From Anaeromyxobacter sp. (GTDB taxonomy: Bacteria; Myxococcota; Myxococcia; Myxococcales; Anaeromyxobacteraceae): a DNA stretch of 64,000 bases. A model generated the notes under the pieces. That model ran no database searches and had not been told where the DNA came from. It worked only from the letters and a program-made list of their open reading frames with translations. Every line of letters starts with the position of its first letter. The first letter of the stretch is position 1. This document shows positions 36,811 through 45,417 of the stretch, in pieces. Location of the stretch: positions 832,001 through 896,000 of the forward strand of contig JASGJN010000022.1 in the NCBI GenBank assembly GCA_049840735.1, in the 5' to 3' direction. The translations under genes were made by a program, and so were the position numbers.

Positions 36811-37835
36811 TAGTGCTCCCGCTGCATCAAGGTCACTCCCCAAGAGAAGCCGCTGCCGGCCGCGAGCCACGCGCTGTGGACCGTCGAGCCACCATCCTGT
36901 CGCTGCAACCAAGCTTCGGCGTTGATGAGCAGATCGCTTGCGAATGCGTGCCCCAGGTGTTTCGGTCCGGGGCCGATGAGCCGAGTCGAATCCACACCCA
37001 TGCCTCGGGCGATGCTCGCCCGATTCGAGCTCAGTCGTGTTCGGATAAACGTAGTCGAGATCGGGGATGCTCTCGAACCTGGCCGCTTTGCACGCGCGCG
37101 AGAGCAGACGATTCAACATGACGAAGTGGATCGGTAGGATGGACTGTTCGAAGGTGCGTCCATCGAGACTCATGCCACCGTCCTCGACGACGAGCACGTC
37201 TGCGAACCTGCCGTGCTGCTGAGTCGCGATTGCGAGGATCTTTGCAAGCCGGTTGGGGTTTTCCTCGGCGCGGCCGACGATCATGGCGGACGCTGCGTCC
37301 GCCATGATCGAGACGGGCAAACACAGTCTGCCGTTGTCGGGCGCTCGATCCGACGCAACCAAGAGAACGTACGAAATATCTCGTCGTGAGCTCAGGAAAG
37401 CGTCCACGAGGAGTAAAGCGAAGTGTAAACCAGCACATCCCGAGCCACGTGTGCCGAGCGCGAGCGCCTCGGAAGCGCCGAGTCGACCTTGAAGGGCGTG
37501 TGCCAACGACCAGATCCTGGGCGAATCCGCTGAGAATGTCGAAAATCGACGATGAGTCCGAGCTGATGCGGTTCGAGCTGCGCTTGCCTGAGGGCGCGCT
37601 TCGCCGCCGATTCGGCGTGTTCCAACGAACTCAGCTCGTCCATGCGAGCGACGTCGAAGATGCCCAGGTTGTCGAGGAGCCTGGTTCGAAGTCCCGGGGA
37701 AAGCGAGTTGAGTTGCGTTTCCTTGCGTTGCCGCTCTGCGTCGAAAACCCGAGCCACCGGGATGCGACCTTCCGGGACGCTGAGACCTTCTCCAAGTAAG
37801 ACGAGGTTCGAGGGGACGGCTGGCGACACGGGCAA
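36810..37835 (-). CDS. KAS III (FabH)-like protein, atypical active site (apparent frameshifts near 37543 and 37024)
   Basis: AAKRAL, LIVDF, GSGCAG, VASD, D.ASA, YPN, HLGHAFASD, AAGSGFSWG. Confidence 0.75.
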
Positions 37836-37947
37836 TGGCCTAGCACCCCCAAAAGCGCGGTGGCAATTTGGGGGTAGAAGCCGGCAAAAATCGCCGGAAA
37901 TCGGGCAGAGGCGGAAGGTTTTGCACGTGCGTCGAGGCAGGGGACTT

Positions 37948-37962
37948 GTGAATGGTATTCAC
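37948..37962. promoter_or_regulatory. Palindrome GTGAAT-N3-ATTCAC, candidate operator in the divergent KASIII/fabI promoter
   Basis: Perfect 6-3-6 inverted repeat about 21 bp upstream of the fabI start. Confidence 0.45.
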
Positions 37963-37983
37963 CGACTCTAGGCAAAGTGCCCC

Positions 37984-38925
37984 ATGAGGATCGATCTAGC
38001 AGACAAGCGCGTGATTGTCGCGGGCGTTGCCGACGACGGAGGTTTTGGGTTCGCCATCGCCAAGGCGTTTGCAGAAGCGGGGGCGAAGGTCAATGTCGCG
38101 ACCTGGCCACCCGCGATGACCGTGTTCGAGAAGTTGTGGGAGCGAGGGAAGTTCGACGAGTCACGTCAACTCGAGCGCGGTGGCTTGCTCGAGTTCGAGA
38201 ACGTGTTTCCCTTGGACGCCACTTTCGACGAATGGAGCGACGTGCCCGAAGAGGTGCGTCAGAGCCGACGTTACGCCGGTCGAGGCGATTTTACCATCGA
38301 AGGTCTCGTCGATTCGGTGGAACGCGCTTACGGCAAGAACTCGATGGATGTGGTCGTACATTGCCTGGCGAACGGTTCCGAGGTGAATCGACCGCTCATG
38401 GACACATCGCGCAAGGGGTACCTCGGTGCGATCGGCGCGAGTGCATATTCGAACGTGTCCATGGTCAGTCGCTTTGCTCCGTTGATGCGAGCTTCGAGCA
38501 GCTTCTTGTCGCTGAGCTATCTCGCCAGTGAGCGCGTGGTGCCCCTCTATGGTGGCGGAATGTCGGCGGCCAAGGCCGCTCTCGAGTGTGATACCCGTTA
38601 CTTGGCTTTCGAGGCAGGCCGTCGTTATGGCTTCCGTGTCAACGCGATCTCTGCCGGCCCCTACGCTTCGCGTGCAGCCAGCGTCGGGGGATTGGTGCAT
38701 TCCATCGTCGAGTATTACGAGGAGAACTCGCCCCTGCCGTGTCGCGTGACGCCGACTCAAGTGGCGCATGCCGCGCTGTTTCTGTGTAGCCCTCTGGCGA
38801 CCGCGATCACCGGTACGACCCTCCACGTCGATCACGGCCTGCACGTCATGGCGAAGGGTGTAAGTTCCGCAGATCTGGCCTGGCTGGGACTCGACTCTCG
38901 CGAGACCCACGCTGCCGTAGGTTAG
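37984..38925 (+). CDS. fabI: Enoyl-ACP reductase (Chlamydia/plant-type FabI)
   Basis: AGVADDGGFGFAIAK, PLDA, long insertion DVPEEVRQSRRY, HCLANGSEV, YGGGMSAAKAALE, RVNAISAGP.ASRAA. Confidence 0.9.
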   Translation: MRIDLADKRVIVAGVADDGGFGFAIAKAFAEAGAKVNVATWPPAMTVFEKLWERGKFDESRQLERGGLLEFENVFPLDATFDEWSDVPEEVRQSRRYAGRGDFTIEGLVDSVERAYGKNSMDVVVHCLANGSEVNRPLMDTSRKGYLGAIGASAYSNVSMVSRFAPLMRASSSFLSLSYLASERVVPLYGGGMSAAKAALECDTRYLAFEAGRRYGFRVNAISAGPYASRAASVGGLVHSIVEYYEENSPLPCRVTPTQVAHAALFLCSPLATAITGTTLHVDHGLHVMAKGVSSADLAWLGLDSRETHAAVG

Positions 38926-39192
38926 GTTACGTCGCTTGCCTCCGCGGTTCCAACGGTGTTGGCGTCGTCGTGAGGGAACTGTCGGACCCGAAGTTGATGA
39001 CGGCTGGGCCGTCGCTGTAGCGCGGTAGCACTTGGTCGCTCACCTCGTGAAAATCGGGCATCTGGAGAGAGTGCTTCCTTTCGTTTCGTAAACACGGTTC
39101 TGTTTGTTGCGGAATTGTGTCCGAAATATGTCGTTTTTCACGGTACAACTTTGTGCTTGCGCAATGACGGCTATCACCAAATCATTGTGCTC

Positions 39193-39957
39193 ATGCCGTC
39201 GCTGCCCGAGCGTAAATCCCAAGTAAGTGCGTCTTCCCCTGGTTTTCGCGCCACTTTGAGTGGGATGGGGGTTGCCGATCTGGTGCAGATGAATTGTCTG
39301 TCCGGGCAGACCTGCAGCGTGAAGGTGACTTCGGAGACGCGGGTTGGCTGGCTCCATTTTGCCCAAGGAAATATCGTTCACGCTTCGACCGGTGCGTGGG
39401 TTGGGGACAAAGCCGTGCTCGAGATCCTTTCGTGGCAGGAGGGCAGTTTCGAGCCCGTCGGCGGGATCTCACCGGAGCGTCGTACGGTCGAAACCGGCTG
39501 GCAGAATCTACTGCTGCTCGCGGCTCAACAGCGGGACGAGGGAAGCCGAGCGACGGTGCTGCCTTTGGAGCGTGCTCACGCGCCGGTCTCGGCGCGGGTT
39601 CCTCGGGGTCTGTCTGGGGGCTCGTCGAGTGGTGTGCGACTGCCCGAAGTGCCGCAAACGCCGCCGCCCGAATCGACGCCGCGAGACCTGGACGTGGCTT
39701 TTGCGCGCATCGACGATTCCGGCAACATCTTGTTTCAACGCGGTGACGTCGAGGACCTCATCGCGCAGGGGGCTTACGCCGCTGAACTCGCTCAAATGAT
39801 TGCCGAGCAGCTCGGACTCGAGCGAGCCACCTCGGTCGAGATGCGCGATTCCCGATTGCGCACCTGGGTCAACGTTGGCGAGCGTGGGGAGCTCGAAATC
39901 ATCCGCGGCAGCGACGAGGCTGCCATGAACGAAATCAAACGACACGTATTTCGGTAG
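39193..39957 (+). CDS. DUF4388 domain protein
   Basis: F.A.L....ADLVQM, GWLHF..G.IVHA, G..A..EILSW.EGSF, W..LLL.AA...DE. Confidence 0.78.
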   Translation: MPSLPERKSQVSASSPGFRATLSGMGVADLVQMNCLSGQTCSVKVTSETRVGWLHFAQGNIVHASTGAWVGDKAVLEILSWQEGSFEPVGGISPERRTVETGWQNLLLLAAQQRDEGSRATVLPLERAHAPVSARVPRGLSGGSSSGVRLPEVPQTPPPESTPRDLDVAFARIDDSGNILFQRGDVEDLIAQGAYAAELAQMIAEQLGLERATSVEMRDSRLRTWVNVGERGELEIIRGSDEAAMNEIKRHVFR

Positions 39958-39966
39958 GAGTCCAAG

Positions 39967-40452
39967 ATGTTCGACGCAACGGTCGCCCAGCTCCGCGCAT
40001 TGCGCGACGTCAAAGGGGTCATTGGTTCATTTCTCGTCGATGCGAAGGGGGCGCTCTGCGAGTCCGACATGCCGGCGGCCCTGGGTCAGCGAGAGCTCGC
40101 CGAGGTGAGTTCTCGGGTCACTCGGCTCGTCGAGGCGCTCTCGACCGACGGTACGCCGGATAGCTGCAGCATACGGTGTGTCGAGCACCGCCTCACCGTT
40201 CGTTCATTTGCGCCTCAAGGATACCTGTGCGTTCTTTCGGACGAACACGTCAACTGGCCCGCCTTGCGCATGGCCACCACGCTTTCGATCCGTAAATTGA
40301 GCACGCTTCCGATGTCACCTTGGGTCGACACGACGCAGCAGGATCGCAGTCGCTCGACGGAGCCCGCGATCGCGCCTTCCGAGTCCGTCAAGCCTCCGCC
40401 ACCGACAACGGTACGTCCCGGATTGGTTTATCGCGGTCAGCGCATCAGCTGA
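39967..40452 (+). CDS. Roadblock/LC7 (MglB-like) domain protein
   Basis: LRDVKGVIGSFLVD..G, LCVL, VN..ALRMA; Pro-rich tail ending VYRGQRIS. Confidence 0.7.
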   Translation: MFDATVAQLRALRDVKGVIGSFLVDAKGALCESDMPAALGQRELAEVSSRVTRLVEALSTDGTPDSCSIRCVEHRLTVRSFAPQGYLCVLSDEHVNWPALRMATTLSIRKLSTLPMSPWVDTTQQDRSRSTEPAIAPSESVKPPPPTTVRPGLVYRGQRIS

Positions 40453-40631
40453 GCCGTCGTCGCGGATGGTGTGGCGGATGCGAGCATTCAGGTCACGCCG
40501 CTCGGTCTATCGCGGTCAGCGTTGCTGCTGAGCACGGTTCGAGAGTGGCGGGGACGAAAGCTGTCCCCGCGCTGCTCTCGTTCGATGACCGATGCTTCCC
40601 CGAGCGATCGAACACGCGAACACCGCATGCT

Positions 40632-42822
40632 TTACTTGACGTTGATGTTGGGTTTGGGCGGTGCGGCCATCCCGCTGCCAATGTGGAAGCTGGTGTGGGG
40701 CGCTTGGTTGTAGGAAGCATTCTGAGCCGATACGTTGGCGCGATATTGGGGATCGTGCATCAGGGTGTAGATGCGCCGTTTGGTCATTTGCGTCGTCGAA
40801 TAGATCCGAAGGCTGCTGCCGCAGAGGAACACGACCTCTTCGCGCCAGTCACCGAAGAGATCGGCACTCAGGTTCGGCACGGACTTGGTGCCGTTGATCG
40901 AGGTGCATCCTGTCGCAGTGAATCCCTGTCCTTCACCGTCGTATTCGGACACGGTATTGCCGTTGAGCAATTCGCGGCTCTCGTCACCGTCCCACCACAG
41001 AAGGAAGTTGCAGGTGCTTGGGTTCCTCCCGACGTTGGCTCCGGTGGTTGCGCTGAATAGGCCTGCACTGTTGACCCAAGCTTCTCCACCGGGGTTGGTC
41101 GGCGAAATGTCGTCCGCCACGCCTCGTCCGGGGCCCTCTTCGGTACTCGTCGGGCCCTTCCAGACGACGGCGCAGGTCTTTGCGTCGCGCATGATGTACG
41201 CAGGGACTCCCGTGGGTTCGGTGGGTTGGAATACTTCCAGACCCGGGCGCGAGGGAATGAAGTCGCCGATATGAAGTGCGTCACCATGGGCTCCGCCCGC
41301 GGTCGTGCAGATCCCCTTGCCGTCGGGGCTGATGGTGAACGAACCTGGGATGATCTCCTGACGGTCGTCGCCGTCCACGTCCGCGACCATCATGCTGTGG
41401 GTTCCCTTGCCGCCATAGGCACCATTACCCGAGGCGGCAGAGTCAAAGGACCAAACCAGGGAGAGCTTGCCGTCGCGGTAGTCGTATGCGCCCAAGGTCG
41501 TCCGCGCGTAATAGCCGCGTTGCATCACGACGCTCGGCTTGCCCGTCGTATCGAGGAAGGCGACGGAAGCGTTATAGCGATCGGAACGATTGCCGTTGGT
41601 ATCACCCCAATTGCCGCTGTTGATAGGCGCGTGATAGTTGATCGTCGCCAGTTCTGCGCCCGTCCGTCCGCTGAATACCGTCACGTACTCCGGACCTGAC
41701 AAGATCTTGCCTGCGCCGTTGCGGTAGTCCTTGGTGTCGTCGTCGGAGGCGGCGGGTCCCGTTTTCAGGAAGCTACCCGTGCCGTCCTTGGTTCCAGGCG
41801 CCGTCTTCACCACGAGTTCGGAGCTCCCATCGCCATCGAGATCGTAGACGACGAAAGGCGTCGTGTGTTCACTTTCTCGGATGTTGCGTCCCAAGTCGAC
41901 GCGCCACATGAACTTGCCATCGAGACGGTAGGCTGCGAACTTGGGTTGTCCCGTGACGCCGTCCTCGAGATGGATCCTTGGGGGATTGCTGCTCTTTCAC
42001 GACGAGTTCGTATTGGCCGTCACCATCGAGATCCCCGGGCGACGCGTCCCCGGCGTTGTAGCCCGAGGGGGTTTTTAGCGGGATAGTGAGGTAGTTTTGC
42101 GGCAGCACACTCGCCGCGGATGGCGTCGTTCGCGATGTCGAGGAGTCGCCATACTCTTTACCCCCGATCACTGCTCGGACCGTGTAGGTTGCCGTACTGG
42201 GCGCACCCTCGTCGACGAAGTTCGTGGAATCGGAGACGGGATTCGCGTTGACCTTGGTCCCGTTGCGATAGACGTTGAAGCCGGTGTCCGGTGCTTCGTA
42301 TCCCATGAGGCGCCAGCTCAGGAAATTGTTCGAGCCGGACCGAATCGCGACCAGGCCGCGGCAGAGGTTCTCCATTTGTACCTTGCCCTGAGCCAAGCTC
42401 TGCACCACGCCGCAAGCGGCTTCGCTGTTGCTGCTGCCGCCCACGCTCGCGCTGCCTCCGCGCCCGACGTCGCTGCCACCGGAGCCGACCGCGCCTCCAA
42501 ATCCCTGCGGCGTCGAGCCGCCGTTGCCTCCCAGGGACGCGGAGCCGCCCGCGCCTCCAAGGGTTCCTTCGGTGGTCATGCTCGAAACACCACCCGAACC
42601 TGGACTTCCCCCCTTTTGCGATTGGCCACCGGAAATACTCGTTCCACCGCGAGCAACGCTTCCGCCATTCGACGGTTTGCCGCCGTTTGCCGTTTCACTC
42701 GGGGTTCCTCCGCTGCCAGGCGAACCGGAATCCGTGCCACTACAGTTTGGTAGTACGGCTGCGACGAGCAAAAGAGACAGACTCGTTTTGGCCACGGCAG
42801 CCGTGGTTACATGCGTGTTCAT
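40632..42822 (-). CDS. Rhamnogalacturonan lyase (PL11, YesW/YesX-like) lipoprotein with Gly/Ser linker (apparent frameshift near 41966)
   Basis: MENL.RGLVA, FLSWRL, GDLDGDGQYE, VYDLDGDG, RGYY, HGDALH, DLFGDWREE, TLMHDPQYR, YNQ.PH; RBS AAGGAG. Confidence 0.9.
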
Positions 42823-43208
42823 GGGGCTCCTTCGATGATCGTGATTGCGTGGAGGGGTGAGTCGAGCGTGTCGCGTCAGGCCAACGGTCGCCTGCGTGTT
42901 CCCGAGCGGAGTGACTCGAATTCGACCATCCGTGTGACGGATCTCTTCCCTTTGCACGTCGGCGACTTTGGTATCGTGCCAACTTGCTCGGGGGACACGT
43001 GGACGGCTTCGTTGCACCGCGTGCCTTGGACTTTCCCTGTCACTGTTGCGCGTCGCGACGCTCGCCAATCAAGAGATTCAGAGGAAGCGTCGTTCCTGTT
43101 CGAACGACCTCGGCCCGAGGCCGTCACGGATGCGGTGTCACGCGCCGCTCGCGGCCGTGCGTGGGTGAAGCGGCCCCATGCTGGAGAACGACCACCATTG
43201 GTGGGGCT

Positions 43209-43402
43209 CTTGCGAGCGTGAATCGACCGCGAGCGCGGCGAGCACGGACGTCCTTGCGAGCGTGAATCGACCGCGAGCGCGGCGAGCACGGACGTCCTTG
43301 CGAGCGTGAATCGACCGCGAGCGCGGCGAGCACGGACGTCCTTGCGAGCGTGAATCGACCGCGAGCGCGGCGAGCACGGACGTCCTTGCGAGCGTGAATC
43401 GA
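43209..43402. repeat. Perfect 44-bp tandem repeat (CTTGCGAGCGTGAATCGACCGCGAGCGCGGCGAGCACGGACGTC), about 4.4 copies
   Basis: Directly visible; no spacers; lies between the cheB2 stop and the PL11 start. Confidence 0.97.
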
Positions 43403-43512
43403 AATGGGCTATTGCGACGCGCAAACGAAGCGCGCCGTCACTACGACGGTGAAACGACCCCGATCATCGACGCGTGGCGCCGAGACCGACCCGAATGACG
43501 AGTGATCGCAGG

Positions 43513-44553
43513 TCACACGCATGCATCGAGAATGCCTTGCGCGACACGTCCGAGGGAGAGGACTCGGTTGACGGCGCCGAGTTGAACTGCTTCCTTCGGC
43601 ATTCCGTAGACGACGCTCGAGTCCTCGTCTTGAGCGATCGTGAAGGCCGAGTTCTGATGCATCTTGAGCAGCCCTCGTGCGCCGTCGTTGCCCATGCCAG
43701 TGAGGATCACGCCAACCGCATTGCCGCCGGCGTGAGTGGCGAAGGATTCGAAGAGGATGTCGACGGAAGGACAGTGCCGATTGACGCGCTCGCCGGCGTA
43801 GACACGAACACCATAGGTAGCGCCGCTGCGCGTGAGCGCCATGTGGAAGTCACCCGGCGCGATGAGGACGTGTCCGGCCATGAGTCGATCGCCATCGACC
43901 GCCTCCTTCACGCGAACGGCACAAAGGGAGTCGAGCCTCGCCGCGAAGCTCTTCGTGAAACCGGGGGGCATGTGTTGAACGATCGCAACCGGTGGACTGT
44001 CAGGGGGCAGCTGCATGAGGACCTCTCGCAGCGCCTCGGTACCACCCGTGGATGCTCCGATCGCGACGACCTTGAGCGTCGTCTTCAACATCGCCCGAGG
44101 GGCTTTTCGCTCGACGGGATTGGCCGCGCTTCGTTGGCGCGATCGAATCACGCGAGCTCGGGAAACTGCCATGAGCTTCTGGAGGAATTCTTCGGAGCGT
44201 TCGAACATCTGTGTGCGAATGTCGACCTTCGGCTTGCTCACGAAGTCGATTGCTCCGAGTTCGAGCGCACGAAGGGTCGTTGCGCATCCCTCCTCCGTCA
44301 AAGACGAGACCATGAGGACAGGCATCGGATGTAGGTGCATGAGACGCTCGAGGAACGACAAACCATCCATACGTGGCATCTCGACGTCCAATGTCATCAC
44401 ATCGGGCGAGTACTCCTTCACCTTCTTCCATGCGTCGTAGGGGTCTTGCGCCGTGGCGACTACCTCGAAGTCTTCGTCGCCCGAAATGAGCTGTTTTAGG
44501 AGACCGCGCATGAGCGCGGAGTCATCGACGACGAGTACGCGAATTTTCGCCAT
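43513..44553 (-). CDS. cheB: CheB methylesterase (intact), divergent from che cluster 2
   Basis: REC domain plus IGASTGG, VQHMP, HCPSVD, LTGMGNDG. Confidence 0.95.
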   Translation of the reverse strand: MAKIRVLVVDDSALMRGLLKQLISGDEDFEVVATAQDPYDAWKKVKEYSPDVMTLDVEMPRMDGLSFLERLMHLHPMPVLMVSSLTEEGCATTLRALELGAIDFVSKPKVDIRTQMFERSEEFLQKLMAVSRARVIRSRQRSAANPVERKAPRAMLKTTLKVVAIGASTGGTEALREVLMQLPPDSPPVAIVQHMPPGFTKSFAARLDSLCAVRVKEAVDGDRLMAGHVLIAPGDFHMALTRSGATYGVRVYAGERVNRHCPSVDILFESFATHAGGNAVGVILTGMGNDGARGLLKMHQNSAFTIAQDEDSSVVYGMPKEAVQLGAVNRVLSLGRVAQGILDACV

Positions 44554-44716
44554 GCGTATTCAAGAGGTAGGAGAGCGTCTTCGCTAGATGCCAGATCGTA
44601 CGGCGGCGCGACGATTGGACTTCACTCGAATACGTCTTGGACACCCGCAAATGTTTCAGGGTGCGTGGGCTCCACGTTAAGCATTTTCGCGATCTGTCGT
44701 ATCGGTCTAGAGAAAG

Positions 44717-45055
44717 ATGGCGAAGTCCAAGAAGAGAGCGGCTGAAAAACTCGAGTCCGAGAACTCGCTCGTGCTTTCTGGCGATGTAACCGTCTCGGTG
44801 CTCGGAGACCTGCAAAAACGTGCGCTTTTGGCGTTCGAAGCGGGTGGAGCGCTACACGTCGATTGCCGAACGCTCTCGTACTTGGATGCAGCTGGACATC
44901 AGTTCTTGTGTGCGCTCCGGAGGGAAGGTGCGGCCCGTGGCGCTGTGGTTCGCATTACGCCTCCCAACGACTTGGTTTTGGCTGATTCCGGTCGTCTCGG
45001 AATGGGTGGGGTCTTTCTCGAGGCCACCGCCAGGACGAATGGAGAATCCGTGTGA
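44717..45055 (+). CDS. STAS domain protein
   Basis: LVLSGDVTV, VDC..LSYLDAAG.QFL; first gene of the che operon. Confidence 0.8.
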   Translation: MAKSKKRAAEKLESENSLVLSGDVTVSVLGDLQKRALLAFEAGGALHVDCRTLSYLDAAGHQFLCALRREGAARGAVVRITPPNDLVLADSGRLGMGGVFLEATARTNGESV

Positions 45056-45417
45056 ACAAGACAGCGCTCGTCGTCGATGACTCTGACGTGATGCGACAGG
45101 TGGTCGGATACACCCTCCGGGAGGCGGGATTCGAGGTCACCGAAGCTGCAAATGGAAAGCAGGCCGTCGGCTGTCTCGAGGGAACGGCGTTCAATCTGAT
45201 CGTCACCGACCTGAACATGCCAGAGATGGATGGCGTGACCTTCATTGCTCGCGCTCGAAAACACGCCGCTCATCGATTCGTCCCCATCCTGATGCTCACC
45301 ACCGAGAGCCAAGAATCCAAGCGGCAAGAGGGCAAGGCCGCTGGCGCGACGGCATGGCTCGTAAAGCCGTTCGATCCCGACAAGTTGCTTTCGGTCGTTT
45401 CCAAGGTGGTAAGATGA
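45052..45417 (+). CDS. cheY: CheY response regulator
   Basis: LVVDDS, TDLNMPEMDG, PILMLTTES, GKAAGATAWLVKPF. Confidence 0.93.
   Translation: MNKTALVVDDSDVMRQVVGYTLREAGFEVTEAANGKQAVGCLEGTAFNLIVTDLNMPEMDGVTFIARARKHAAHRFVPILMLTTESQESKRQEGKAAGATAWLVKPFDPDKLLSVVSKVVR

Noticed and set aside
35248..37506. 752-aa KASIII-A domain fusion ORF
   Set aside because: It arises from a single-base insertion near 37024; the corrected KASIII frame ends ...SWGVTLMQREH* overlapping the A-domain ATG at 36810
37946..37964. Rex operator upstream of fabI
   Set aside because: The spacing is TTGTGAA-N5-TTCAC rather than N4, and the right arm is incomplete; kept only as a generic palindrome
43209..43402. 44-bp repeats (and the 20-, 22- and 43-bp arrays) as CRISPR arrays
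   Set aside because: The units are head-to-tail without unique spacers, and there are no cas genes in the window
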